This document shows positions 1-8,910 of a stretch of DNA of 64,000 nucleotides, piece by piece. The stretch lies in IMG/VR virus record IMGVR_UViG_3300032038_000040, positions 32,442 to 96,441 of that record. The stretch is one strand, 5' to 3'. The notes beneath the pieces are model-generated. The model searched no databases. It saw only the letters and a list, made by a program, of their open reading frames with translations, and was not told where the DNA came from. Numbering within the stretch: position 1 is the stretch's first letter; each line of letters begins with the position of its first letter. Position numbers and translations under genes: made by a program. This DNA comes from a virus. Its lineage: Duplodnaviria; Caudoviricetes.

Positions 1-740
1 CTGATTACTTTGTGTCCTCTGCAGACATTAAGCCAGAAGACAGGATAAAAGTACAAGCTGTATTACAGAAATATATTGATGCAAGTATATCTTCAACTAT
101 TAATCTCCCAAAAGAGGCTAGTGAGGAAGATGTCTATGACATTTACATGAAAGCATGGGAAAATGGACTCAAGGGAGTAACTGTATATAGAAGTGGGTGC
201 AAAAGAGAGGGGGTGCTTACAAAAGAACCTCAAGTTCCCAACACTGTGGCTCCTAAAAGACCAAAAGAGTTGGAAGCTGATTTCTATACAATTAAAAGTA
301 AAGGCAACCAGTATATTGTATTAGTAGGTTTATTGGGAGGAAAGCCCTATGAGATATTTGCATTTAAACCTAATGTTGAGCTTATTGCAAAATCTCATAA
401 AGGAATTATAACCAAGAAATCAAAAATGCATTATAGCTTTAAATCTGATATTATTCAGATAACAGAGCTTGAGCTGGCAAATGATAACGTTGAAGAGAAA
501 GCGGCTACCCTTTATGCATCCATGCTTCTAAGACATGGCGTTGACATTAAATACATAATCAAAACAACAAAAAAAGTTAATGATAACATCACATCTTTCA
601 GTTCTGCAATGTGCAGGGTTCTTTCAAAATATATTCCTTCAGAAGAACTAAAAGAAAAATGTCCTGAATGTGGAGGAATATTAATAAATGAAGGAGGCTG
701 TATTCATTGTAAGAATTGTGGGTGGAGTAAATGTAATTAA
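1..740 (+). CDS. nrdJ: Class II (B12-dependent) ribonucleotide reductase, C-terminal part (5' truncated by window edge)
   Basis: DASISSTINLP and GLKGVTVYRSGC motifs; C-terminal CPECGG...EGGCIHCKNCGWSKC cysteine tail; followed by dUTPase. Confidence 0.88.
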   Translation, partial: DYFVSSADIKPEDRIKVQAVLQKYIDASISSTINLPKEASEEDVYDIYMKAWENGLKGVTVYRSGCKREGVLTKEPQVPNTVAPKRPKELEADFYTIKSKGNQYIVLVGLLGGKPYEIFAFKPNVELIAKSHKGIITKKSKMHYSFKSDIIQITELELANDNVEEKAATLYASMLLRHGVDIKYIIKTTKKVNDNITSFSSAMCRVLSKYIPSEELKEKCPECGGILINEGGCIHCKNCGWSKCN

Positions 741-742
741 TT

Positions 743-1261
743 ATGAAAATACTAATAAAAGAAATCACAGAAGGCTGTATGCCAATAAGAATGAATGGTG
801 ATGCTTTTGATTTAAAAGCCGCCAAAGACATTATTATTAAAGCTCCGCAGTCTGGAGTGCTACATCAGGAAAATAATGAAAAGGTCAGAAATGTATCCTT
901 TAAAAATTTTACCATAATTCCTTTGGGAATAGCAATGAAACTACCAAAAGGATTTGTTGCTGACGTAAAACCAAGAAGTAGTACTACAAAGAAATGGCAT
1001 ATCTTGCAGACAAATAGTCCGGGACTAATTGATTCTTCTTATTGTGGTGATGGTGATGAATGGGGATTTCCAGTAGTTGCCATAGGAAATTGCCATATAC
1101 ACAAAGGAGACAGAGTATGTCAATTTGAAATACGTCCTTCTCAATTTGCTAATTGGAAGCAAAGACTCAAGTGGTTTTTCCATAAGAAAATAGAGTTCGT
1201 TAAAGTAGATTCATTAAATAGTCCAAATAGAAATGGATTTGGCAGTACAGGAGAAAATTGA
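743..1261 (+). CDS. dut: dUTPase (trimeric type)
   Basis: FDLKA, PRSS, GLIDSSYCG, GDRVCQF, RNGFGSTG motifs. Confidence 0.93.
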   Translation: MKILIKEITEGCMPIRMNGDAFDLKAAKDIIIKAPQSGVLHQENNEKVRNVSFKNFTIIPLGIAMKLPKGFVADVKPRSSTTKKWHILQTNSPGLIDSSYCGDGDEWGFPVVAIGNCHIHKGDRVCQFEIRPSQFANWKQRLKWFFHKKIEFVKVDSLNSPNRNGFGSTGEN

Positions 1262-1698
1262 TTATGTGGAATATATTTAAAAGAAAAAAGAAAGTTCGTC
1301 AAATATCATTTAAAGAGACTCTTGATTTAACAGAACTTCCTATAATTACATTCGTAAATAATAAGCAAAAGCTTAATTTTATTTTCGATACTGGAGCTAC
1401 AAAGTCAATGATAGATAGAAATATCCTAGATAATTTAGCTTATCAGACTAATGATGAGAAGACTGTTACTACTGGAGTTGGAGGAAAAAGTAATGTGCTA
1501 AGCACTATAATAATGGATTTAATGTATAGAGAGTCCTTATTTTCTGAAACATTTCAAATAATGGATTTATCTCATGTTGTATCTACAATCAAAGAAGAAA
1601 CAGGAGTGACTATACATGGACTATTAGGAAATACTTTCTTTCAAGAATATGGTTATATTATTGATTATAATGATTTTATAATTTATAACAAAAAGTAA
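1258..1698 (+). CDS. Retropepsin-like aspartic protease
   Basis: FIFDTGAT catalytic motif and HGLLGNTFF; start may be ATG 1264. Confidence 0.85.
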   Translation: MIMWNIFKRKKKVRQISFKETLDLTELPIITFVNNKQKLNFIFDTGATKSMIDRNILDNLAYQTNDEKTVTTGVGGKSNVLSTIIMDLMYRESLFSETFQIMDLSHVVSTIKEETGVTIHGLLGNTFFQEYGYIIDYNDFIIYNKK

Positions 1699-1699
1699 C

Positions 1700-3742
1700 A
1701 TGATATATGTTGTGTCTCAATCTCAAGAACTATTTGCAGATGCCTGTGAGAGAATCTCAGTAGAAGAATCTATAAAGCTATTAGAACCATATAATAAGAT
1801 TCAATTAGACACTGAAACTACAGGGATAGACTCTAGAATAGATTCAATATTGACTCTTCAGTTAGGAACCAAAGATTTTCAAATAGTCATAGATGCCACA
1901 ACAATTCCATTAAGAAAATACAAAGAACTCATAGAAAAGAAATTTATTGTAGGTCATAACTTAAAGTTTGACCTACAATTTCTTTTCTCTATAGGAATTA
2001 TCCCTACATCAGTATATGATACAATGATTGTGGAACAATTATTACATCTTGGATACCCAGTAGGGACAATTTCTTTTTCATTACAGGCTGTAGCACAAAG
2101 AAGATTGGATGTATATATAGATAAATCTGTTAGAGGGCAAATAATCTGGAGAGGTATAGATACAGAAACAATTGTTTATGGTGCTACGGATGTAAAGTAT
2201 TTGGAAGATATAATGGAATCTCAGTGGAAAGATGTCATAAAGCAGGATATGTGCAAGGGAGCTAAATTAGAGTGTCAATTTGTACCTGTCATTGCTTATC
2301 TTGAATGGTGTGGGATTTACTTGAATGAAGAGAAATGGAAAGCAAAGATGGAGCAAGATAAAGAGAAATTAAATTTATATAAGAAGGAACTTGATGATTA
2401 TGTGATAAAGAATGAGAAATTAAAAGAATTTACTTATGTAAATACTCAAGGTGATCTCTTTACAGGTTTTGATCTCACACCAAAATGCTCTGTGAATTGG
2501 GATTCTCCTCTTCAAATGGTAAAATTATTTAAAGTTCTGGGCTTCAATACTAAAACTTCAGACAAAAAAACAGGCAAAGACAAAGATTCTGTTCTTGAGA
2601 AAGTATTAAAAGGACAAAAGGGAATTGATGATAATTTCTTAAGTATCTACTTTAATTATAAAGAATTTTCAAAAGTGTGTTCCACATATGGACAAGGACA
2701 TCTTGATGCAATTAATCCTAAAACAGGCAGAATACACACTGTCTATAGGCAATTAGGCACTGCATCAGGAAGAATGTCTTGTGGTTCAAACAAAGGAAAT
2801 AAATCTCTGGCAGCATTAAAGAAACTTCCAGAAAGTAGATGTATTCAGCCTAATATTCAGCAATTACCAGGTAACAAAGAAACTAGAAGTTGTTTCACAG
2901 CACAAAGAGATGATTATATAATATGTTCTTGTGACTTTAGTGCCTTGGAAAGTAGATTGGGAGCAGATATATATCAAGAAAGTGCAATGTTAAATGAATA
3001 TCTTCATGGTAGTGGAGACATACATTCTCTTGTAGCAAAAAAATGTTTTCCCAAAGAACTTGAGGGAATTGAAGTGAAAGATATTGCTGAAGTAAGACCT
3101 GACTTAAGAAAAAAAGCAAAGGGTCCGGAATTTGCCATGCAGTTTGGAGGAAGTCCAAAAGCAATACAATCATCTTTAGGTTGCAGTAAAGAGGAAGCAG
3201 AAGAAATAGCTTCTTCCTATTGGAAGGGATTTCCTAATATTGCTAAGTTCAAAGCTATGGGTTCTAGATTCGTAAAAGAACATGGCTATGTCTTAATGTG
3301 CAAACATACTGGACATAAAATGTATTGGTATGGACATAAGGAATGGGTAAATACAGAAAAGACATTCACTCCAGAATTTTGGAGAGAATATAAAGCTTTT
3401 CATAAAGGAACTGGAGACCTTACTGAATTAATGGTAAAAGAACATTCCAAAATAGGCAGTTATTGGGAAAGAATGGCACTGAATTCTGTGACTCAAGGCA
3501 CAGGAGCAGTCATTTTAAAATATGCTATGGTCTTATTCTTCAGGTGGATTTTAGACAATAACTTATTTGGAATAGTATATCTATCAGCATTAGTACATGA
3601 TGAGTCAGTAATTGAATATCCGAAAAATATGCCTGAAGTTGCAGAAAAACTAAAAGAATGTATGGAAGAGTCTGCAGCTACTTACTGTAAATCACTTCCC
3701 ATTCCGGCAAAGCCAGAAATAGAAAAATATTGGAAACATTAA
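1700..3742 (+). CDS. polA: DNA polymerase family A with 3'-5' exonuclease
   Basis: DTETTG (ExoI), GHNLKFD, TASGRMS, NIQQLP, CDFSALESR (motif A), RKKAK (motif B), LVHDE (motif C). Confidence 0.95.
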   Translation: MIYVVSQSQELFADACERISVEESIKLLEPYNKIQLDTETTGIDSRIDSILTLQLGTKDFQIVIDATTIPLRKYKELIEKKFIVGHNLKFDLQFLFSIGIIPTSVYDTMIVEQLLHLGYPVGTISFSLQAVAQRRLDVYIDKSVRGQIIWRGIDTETIVYGATDVKYLEDIMESQWKDVIKQDMCKGAKLECQFVPVIAYLEWCGIYLNEEKWKAKMEQDKEKLNLYKKELDDYVIKNEKLKEFTYVNTQGDLFTGFDLTPKCSVNWDSPLQMVKLFKVLGFNTKTSDKKTGKDKDSVLEKVLKGQKGIDDNFLSIYFNYKEFSKVCSTYGQGHLDAINPKTGRIHTVYRQLGTASGRMSCGSNKGNKSLAALKKLPESRCIQPNIQQLPGNKETRSCFTAQRDDYIICSCDFSALESRLGADIYQESAMLNEYLHGSGDIHSLVAKKCFPKELEGIEVKDIAEVRPDLRKKAKGPEFAMQFGGSPKAIQSSLGCSKEEAEEIASSYWKGFPNIAKFKAMGSRFVKEHGYVLMCKHTGHKMYWYGHKEWVNTEKTFTPEFWREYKAFHKGTGDLTELMVKEHSKIGSYWERMALNSVTQGTGAVILKYAMVLFFRWILDNNLFGIVYLSALVHDESVIEYPKNMPEVAEKLKECMEESAATYCKSLPIPAKPEIEKYWKH

Positions 3743-3754
3743 AATTAAAAAATT

Positions 3755-4171
3755 ATGAATTTTTCAAATTATCCTCCAGGAGTAAGTGACAACACTCCTG
3801 ATGCACCATGGAATCAAGTAGAAAATGAGCCTGAGAATGTTGATGTGTGTGTCAGTATTACTATGAGTAAGAGTACCACAATCAGCACAACAGATTATAT
3901 TAAAGAAGTTTGGGATGAGTATGAAACAGGAGATGAAGGAGAAAGAATTCACATAGGAGGAACTAACTATGACTTCTCTGAAAGTGATCTAAAGTCAGCC
4001 TATAAAAATTGTGAATTGACAATTCCTTCTCTTCTTGCTCTTCTGGAATCCTACCTTCTCAAGGATTTGGAAGAAAACAAAGGAAACAGAGAAAAAACGG
4101 ATATTATCAATCTTCAGCTAGAATCTCTTAGAGATTGGATAGTAGATGAATTAGAAGTAACACAAGAATAA
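3755..4171 (+). CDS. Hypothetical protein (NYPPG...APWNQ phage family)
   Basis: ATG, operon packing, acidic composition. Confidence 0.75.
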   Translation: MNFSNYPPGVSDNTPDAPWNQVENEPENVDVCVSITMSKSTTISTTDYIKEVWDEYETGDEGERIHIGGTNYDFSESDLKSAYKNCELTIPSLLALLESYLLKDLEENKGNREKTDIINLQLESLRDWIVDELEVTQE

Positions 4172-4172
4172 A

Positions 4173-5000
4173 ATGAAACTATTAAAACAAAAGGCAGAAT
4201 TGTTAATACAAGGACCTTCTTATGATGATATGTTGAGACATATAGAAATATGTGGAAAAGTATGTTACAAAAGCGATGTCTCAAATAACAGGGACAGTAC
4301 TAAAGCATTTGTGACAAGATTGTCAAAGATGGGTCATATGAGTGTCCTTGAGCATGGTACTGTATATATGGAATTACCCACAAAGGGTATAAATAAATAT
4401 GCTCTTGCAAACTATGCACTTAAGGATAATCCTTACACATATTACCATGATGATGGTAACATTATCCACGTTACTACTAACTATAGGGTGATAATGGAAA
4501 AAGTACTATCAGATTTCCTTGATTACACAGTACCTGAAGGACAGAAGAAAAGATATACTATGAAAGTGCTTACTGACATAGGAGTATCCCGTGAGATAAA
4601 TCGCCACCGTCATTTCAGTATAACTAACTTCAGTGTTACTGAGCAAAGTACAAGATATTGCAATTACAGCAAGGACAAGTTTGGTAACGAAATTACCTTT
4701 ATAGTTCCTGCATACTGGGATAAACTCAGTGGTTCAGAGCAGGAAGACTATAAAAGAATATTGAAGAGAGCTGAACAGGATTATATGCTCATGATTGAGA
4801 GAGGATATAAGCCTGAGCAAGCAAGAGAGTTTCTACCATTGGCGACTGCCACTGAAGTAGTATATACAGCATTTGAGGATGACTGGAGACACTTCTTTGA
4901 CCTTAGGTTAAAGGAAACTACAGGAAAAGTTCATCCTAATATGAAGGAACTTGCAGAGCTGATGTATAAAAGATTTACTGAAAATGGTATAGAATTATGA
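4173..5000 (+). CDS. thyX: FAD-dependent thymidylate synthase
   Basis: GHMSVLEHG, SREINRHR, EQSTRYCNY, EQAREFLP, FFDLR motifs. Confidence 0.93.
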   Translation: MKLLKQKAELLIQGPSYDDMLRHIEICGKVCYKSDVSNNRDSTKAFVTRLSKMGHMSVLEHGTVYMELPTKGINKYALANYALKDNPYTYYHDDGNIIHVTTNYRVIMEKVLSDFLDYTVPEGQKKRYTMKVLTDIGVSREINRHRHFSITNFSVTEQSTRYCNYSKDKFGNEITFIVPAYWDKLSGSEQEDYKRILKRAEQDYMLMIERGYKPEQAREFLPLATATEVVYTAFEDDWRHFFDLRLKETTGKVHPNMKELAELMYKRFTENGIEL

Positions 5001-5371
5001 GAAAAGGTAATTTTGAATTCAGAAAAGCCACCTATTTAGGTCCAGAGCCTGAGAACCCATCATGGCATGTGGATTATTGGTATCCTAATCCTTACTATGG
5101 TAAGGAGAATGAATACCCCGAAGATCCAAAAGACAAGAACTTCAGAATGTATCCAGGTGAACATGGTTTCAGAATAGATAAATCTTGTTTTAAATATCCT
5201 GAGTCATGTTTCAGTGTAGCCTCTTTTAATTATGATGGTGAGGGTACATATGAGGTACATTTTATAGGAGACAGACCCTTTAATCTTAGTAGAAAAGAAA
5301 CTGAGGTTTTTTGGGAAGTACTTACATATGGACATAACTTTTTAAACAGAGAAAATCATGAAATTCATTGA
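4997..5371 (+). CDS. Hypothetical protein
   Basis: ATGA overlap with thyX stop. Confidence 0.7.
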   Translation: MRKGNFEFRKATYLGPEPENPSWHVDYWYPNPYYGKENEYPEDPKDKNFRMYPGEHGFRIDKSCFKYPESCFSVASFNYDGEGTYEVHFIGDRPFNLSRKETEVFWEVLTYGHNFLNRENHEIH

Positions 5372-5561
5372 CAAATATCCAGAATGTAATGGATGCCCAG
5401 TAGAAAAATACTGTGGTACAATGGTTGGCAGTATTACATTATGTAACAGCTATGGTGAGGACTCTACCATAGAAGACCTTCAATTGAAGGAATACTATGA
5501 GGATTCTGTAGCTGATGCTGCCCTGTTAGAAGAAGCAAGTGCAGTCTATTGGGAACCATAA
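5358..5561 (+). CDS. Small Cys-containing hypothetical protein
   Basis: ECNGCP..YC motif; operon packing. Confidence 0.6.
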   Translation: MKFIDKYPECNGCPVEKYCGTMVGSITLCNSYGEDSTIEDLQLKEYYEDSVADAALLEEASAVYWEP

Positions 5562-5568
5562 AGAAATT

Positions 5569-5832
5569 ATGGAAGAGGAACTTAAAAGAATACTTACATG
5601 GGCAAAGAATGTCAATGGAGGACATATAAACACTCCTACATTCTTTGCTGATGTTGAACAAGCTCTACAAGGGTATGTATGTGACATGAGGTATAAGATG
5701 AAAGTACTTGCAGCAAGTGATCACAGTGCTACCTTGAAATTCCAAGGAAAACGTTTTTATTACCTGTATGATTTTAGTAAAAAAGAATTCACCTGCTTTG
5801 AATTAAAAGAAGGTGCATACACAAACTATTAA
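5569..5832 (+). CDS. Hypothetical protein
   Basis: ATG at 5569 preferred over upstream GTG; fills the gap between neighbours. Confidence 0.6.
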   Translation: MEEELKRILTWAKNVNGGHINTPTFFADVEQALQGYVCDMRYKMKVLAASDHSATLKFQGKRFYYLYDFSKKEFTCFELKEGAYTNY

Positions 5833-5842
5833 ATTAAAAATT

Positions 5843-6007
5843 ATGACACCACAAGCACAAAACAGTTTAAGCCTCTACAAAGGAGGCAACCCTGCAACCA
5901 TTGAACAGTTGCTTAAGATGCAGAAAGCATCAGTAGTTAATGAACTTAAAGAGCACTTTAAGGCTTCTGATCTTAAAGAATTAGCTATTAAGTTAAGTAT
6001 AAACTAA
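5843..6007 (+). CDS. Small hypothetical protein (MTPQAQNS...)
   Basis: ATG after the A-rich leader AAATTAAAAATT, typical of Bacteroidota genes. Confidence 0.6.
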   Translation: MTPQAQNSLSLYKGGNPATIEQLLKMQKASVVNELKEHFKASDLKELAIKLSIN

Positions 6008-6016
6008 AAATTAAAC

Positions 6017-6085
6017 AGGCACCTGAGGACAGGTAACTTCTTTAACCTCCTTTCCGTCTTCAAGTAACCCTGTCCAAAGGTGCCT
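6017..6085 (+). ncRNA. Candidate structured RNA: long hairpin with a pyrimidine-rich anti-SD-like loop
   Basis: AGGCACCT(6017-24)/AGGTGCCT(6078-85), GGACAGG(6027-33)/CCTGTCC(6069-75), ACTT/AAGT; loop contains ACCTCCTTTC. Confidence 0.45.
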
Positions 6086-6097
6086 TTACCAAGCAAT

Positions 6098-6379
6098 ATG
6101 GAAACCATCAAACCAGGAACATATACACTCCCCGAAGGATGCACATGTATCAAAAAAGGGGACACCATAGAGATTAGACCATCAAAGAGACTTCCCAAAT
6201 GTGAGCACTATTGTTGTGAGTGCAAATGGGCAATGGTAGGTTATTGCGGTAATAGTTTATATAAAACTAATGTATGTGAGAAAAAACCTAAGAACAAACT
6301 GCATTACAAATCAAAAGAACATCTTTACTATGCAGTTGGGTTAAAGAATAAAGCTTGTGATATGTTTAAACAAAAATAA
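6098..6379 (+). CDS. Cys-rich hypothetical protein
   Basis: HYCCECKW...YC...VC...AC putative Zn ligands; ATG 6098. Confidence 0.65.
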   Translation: METIKPGTYTLPEGCTCIKKGDTIEIRPSKRLPKCEHYCCECKWAMVGYCGNSLYKTNVCEKKPKNKLHYKSKEHLYYAVGLKNKACDMFKQK

Positions 6380-6394
6380 TTAAATTTAAAGACT

Positions 6395-6784
6395 ATGGAC
6401 TACGAAAAACTTTACAAAGATGCTCTTGAAAGGGCAAGAGAGATGTCTGCATTACCAGATGACAGAGCAACTATTGAATACATTTTCCCCGAACTCGCAG
6501 AAAGCGAGGATGAGAGGATTAGGAAACATTTGATTTCTTTAGTGAAAAATTGGGATAAAGATGGAATATTTTCTAAATATACAAGCAATCCTAATGATAT
6601 AAAGAAAATACTTGCTTGGCTTGAGAAGCAAGTCGAGCAAAAGTCTGGTTGGGATGAAGATGATGAGAGATTAAGAAAAACATCTATTGCCTTTCTTCAA
6701 GAATTTGCTGCTAAAGGCTATGAAAATGCAATAGAATGTATGGATTGGCTGAAATCACTCAAAAATAAAATTAAAAACGAATGA
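6395..6784 (+). CDS. Hypothetical protein, IFPELAESEDE family (paralogue of 10350..10670)
   Basis: Shares ALERA...YIFPELAES.DE..RK.LI...WLEKQ with 10350..10670. Confidence 0.75.
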   Translation: MDYEKLYKDALERAREMSALPDDRATIEYIFPELAESEDERIRKHLISLVKNWDKDGIFSKYTSNPNDIKKILAWLEKQVEQKSGWDEDDERLRKTSIAFLQEFAAKGYENAIECMDWLKSLKNKIKNE

Positions 6785-6796
6785 CTATCAAAGTAA

Positions 6797-6889
6797 AATA
6801 AGCACATCGGGTCTACGCCACCCTTTTAAGGTGGAGAGGTTAGGTCACACTTTAAATGTGCCCGATAGTAGATTGTCGGTGTGCTTATT
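6797..6889 (+). ncRNA. Candidate branched structured RNA with two anticodon-like stem-loops
   Basis: Outer stem AATAAGCACATCGG/TCGGTGTGCTTATT, GTCTAC/GTAGAT, hairpins CCACC-CTTTTAA-GGTGG and CACA-CTTTAAA-TGTG; G-U pairs favour the + strand. Confidence 0.55.
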
Positions 6890-6900
6890 ATTAAAGATAA

Positions 6901-7155
6901 ATGACTATGACAAAGGAAGAATATTTAAATTGTGTCATGCGTAACGAGCTTGGCAATCGTGACCCAGATATCTATGACATAGAGGATGCATGGATAGCAG
7001 GGTACAATCATGCAGTGGAGATGACTGTTGCATGGATGAAAGAGGATAAATTCGTCTATGAGGATAAATTCATCTATGATAACGATGGAAATAAACTCTC
7101 CAAAGTTAACTTGGATGAGTTTATAAATAATTTTAAAAAATCAATGGAACTATGA
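6901..7155 (+). CDS. Hypothetical protein
   Basis: AWIAGY motif; internal 18-nt tandem duplication (EDKFVY/EDKFIY). Confidence 0.65.
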   Translation: MTMTKEEYLNCVMRNELGNRDPDIYDIEDAWIAGYNHAVEMTVAWMKEDKFVYEDKFIYDNDGNKLSKVNLDEFINNFKKSMEL

Positions 7156-7346
7156 AACCAAACAAGTACAACTCACTTGAGTTCTGCCGTAGAACTATAA
7201 AGTCATGCACTACAATAAAACAAATGCAGACCGCATATAACCTTGTATTAAATTTCAAGATAATGTTTGATGACCTGTTTTGTAGCTTATTGCTTGGTGA
7301 TGAATGGTGGTATAAGTATGAGGAAATATGCAAACAAAAAATGTGA
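7152..7346 (+). CDS. Hypothetical protein
   Basis: ATGA overlap. Confidence 0.55.
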   Translation: MKPNKYNSLEFCRRTIKSCTTIKQMQTAYNLVLNFKIMFDDLFCSLLLGDEWWYKYEEICKQKM

Positions 7347-7348
7347 TT

Positions 7349-7537
7349 ATGAAATATTATTATAATTCAGACTATATGCACTGCAACCAAGAAAGATGCC
7401 CAAGACATGAAGAATGTTGGAGGTATGAGCTTGGTAAAATGTGCAAAGGTATAGCATCATTTTATATGCCTGATAAAGACGAGGACTTGTCTGAGTGTGA
7501 ACATTTTATTGACAAGGAAAACTTTAAAATCAAGTGA
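7349..7537 (+). CDS. Small Cys-rich protein (DYMHC...CP...C.RY)
   Basis: C-x4-C-x5-C-x-R pattern; ATG 7349. Confidence 0.6.
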   Translation: MKYYYNSDYMHCNQERCPRHEECWRYELGKMCKGIASFYMPDKDEDLSECEHFIDKENFKIK

Positions 7538-7545
7538 GGTGAGAA

Positions 7546-7764
7546 ATGAAAAATATTAAATTGCTTGACGGAAAATTGATAACAAAGGACAATAATGGGT
7601 TGTTCATTGACAATGGTACTATGTATGACAACCTGCCATTTTATGTCCTTGATGAAGAAGACGAGACATTGTATCTTGTCAATGAAGATAATTGGTTTGA
7701 TTGGTTTTCTGATTTCAACAAAGAGAGATTTAAATACTATTACCCGAAAGGAGGTGAGGAATGA
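7546..7764 (+). CDS. Hypothetical protein ending KGGEE
   Basis: ATG; its 3' end contains the SD-like site of the next gene. Confidence 0.6.
   Translation: MKNIKLLDGKLITKDNNGLFIDNGTMYDNLPFYVLDEEDETLYLVNEDNWFDWFSDFNKERFKYYYPKGGEE
7746..7764 (+). promoter_or_regulatory. Strong SD-like translational coupling site GAAAGGAGGTGAGGAATGA (second copy 7931-7949)
   Basis: Identical 19-mer at two ATGA stop/start overlaps. Confidence 0.6.
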
Positions 7765-7949
7765 AAGTTTATGTTGATAAATCTAAATTAATAGAAGAAT
7801 TAAGAATGCAGATAAGCCATTCTCATCATAATGCAGATGAATCAGCTACATTGTATATGCAACATTATTATGATGGCATGAAAGAAGCATACAAAAGGGT
7901 AATATCGTATATTGATAATATGGAAATATTGAAAGGAGGTGAGGAATGA
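7761..7949 (+). CDS. Hypothetical protein ending KGGEE
   Basis: ATGA overlap. Confidence 0.6.
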   Translation: MKVYVDKSKLIEELRMQISHSHHNADESATLYMQHYYDGMKEAYKRVISYIDNMEILKGGEE

Positions 7950-8248
7950 AAGCAAGAAAAAGAAATTCAAATGATGATTGGGAGGAAGTTGAATATGTTC
8001 AACTAAGAGACTCATACGTCATTACAAAGGCAGACCAAATGGAATTTGATGTTTCACATGGAAAAGAACAATCAGAAGATGAACATTGGAATGATGTAAG
8101 AGAACGAGCCTCTATTGCTGCTATGCAAGGAACAATAACAATTCTAAGCAGTAGTGACAGCGTTCCTAATAAATTTCCTAACGAGACTGCTGAATTTGCA
8201 GTTGCTTGTGCTGATGCTCTTATTGAAGAACTCAAAAGAATAAATTGA
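7946..8248 (+). CDS. Hypothetical protein (AAMQG...AVACADALIEEL phage family)
   Basis: Recognisable C-terminal motif common in phage accessory proteins. Confidence 0.7.
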   Translation: MKARKRNSNDDWEEVEYVQLRDSYVITKADQMEFDVSHGKEQSEDEHWNDVRERASIAAMQGTITILSSSDSVPNKFPNETAEFAVACADALIEELKRIN

Positions 8249-8251
8249 ATT

Positions 8252-8635
8252 ATGATACAAGAAAGATATTGCAGTTTTGAAGTCAGTAAACTCCTTAAAG
8301 AAAAAGGATTTGATGAAGAATGTTATACATTTTATGAATATGGCAGTAAAGAGTTTTATCGTGAAGAGATTCCTTGTTGTAATTCGTGTAGTGATGATTA
8401 TGCTGCCCCAACCCATCAGATGGCTGTGGATTGGTTAAGGCAAAAGCATGGTATTTTAATATCTATTATACCACAAGAAATTGCTGTAGGTGTTTATGCT
8501 TTATGTTATGGTATCTATAGGGTAATAGGCAATTCATATAACCCTATATATAATGGACAAGCAGCAGCTTCAAATGATTATAAAGATGTAGTAGAAGCTG
8601 CATTGGAATTTTGTTTAACTGAATTAATAAAGTAA
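8252..8635 (+). CDS. Hypothetical protein (SKLLKEKGF...APT..WLR family)
   Basis: Motif common in Bacteroidota phages. Confidence 0.75.
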   Translation: MIQERYCSFEVSKLLKEKGFDEECYTFYEYGSKEFYREEIPCCNSCSDDYAAPTHQMAVDWLRQKHGILISIIPQEIAVGVYALCYGIYRVIGNSYNPIYNGQAAASNDYKDVVEAALEFCLTELIK

Positions 8636-8653
8636 AATAATAATTGTAATATC

Positions 8654-8908
8654 ATGAGTGCTCTAAAAGAATTACTACAAAAAGATTGTCCTTTTGAGCC
8701 TTATCAGTTTATTGAGGCTAAAATTGTTCTCGATTGGCTATGGCGAAATGTCCCAGATGCAGAACTACAAAAGTGGCACATGGAAGGTGTCCACGAAAGA
8801 CTGAATTACTACCTATTTAATTACTTCTACGAAAAAATGAGACTTAAGCCTATTAGTAGATGTAGTGTTGACGAACTTGAACAAGAACTAAAATTAAGAA
8901 AATCATAA
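8654..8908 (+). CDS. Hypothetical protein
   Basis: ATG, operon packing. Confidence 0.6.
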   Translation: MSALKELLQKDCPFEPYQFIEAKIVLDWLWRNVPDAELQKWHMEGVHERLNYYLFNYFYEKMRLKPISRCSVDELEQELKLRKS

Positions 8909-8910
8909 TT

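Noticed and set aside
6797-6889. True tRNA or suppressor tRNA
   Set aside because: No D loop, T loop (TTCG/TTCA), 7-bp acceptor stem or CCA. Kept only as an anticodon-mimic candidate.
7042-7080. 18-nt tandem duplication in ORF 6901..7155
   Set aside because: Simple in-frame two-copy duplication with no sign of function.
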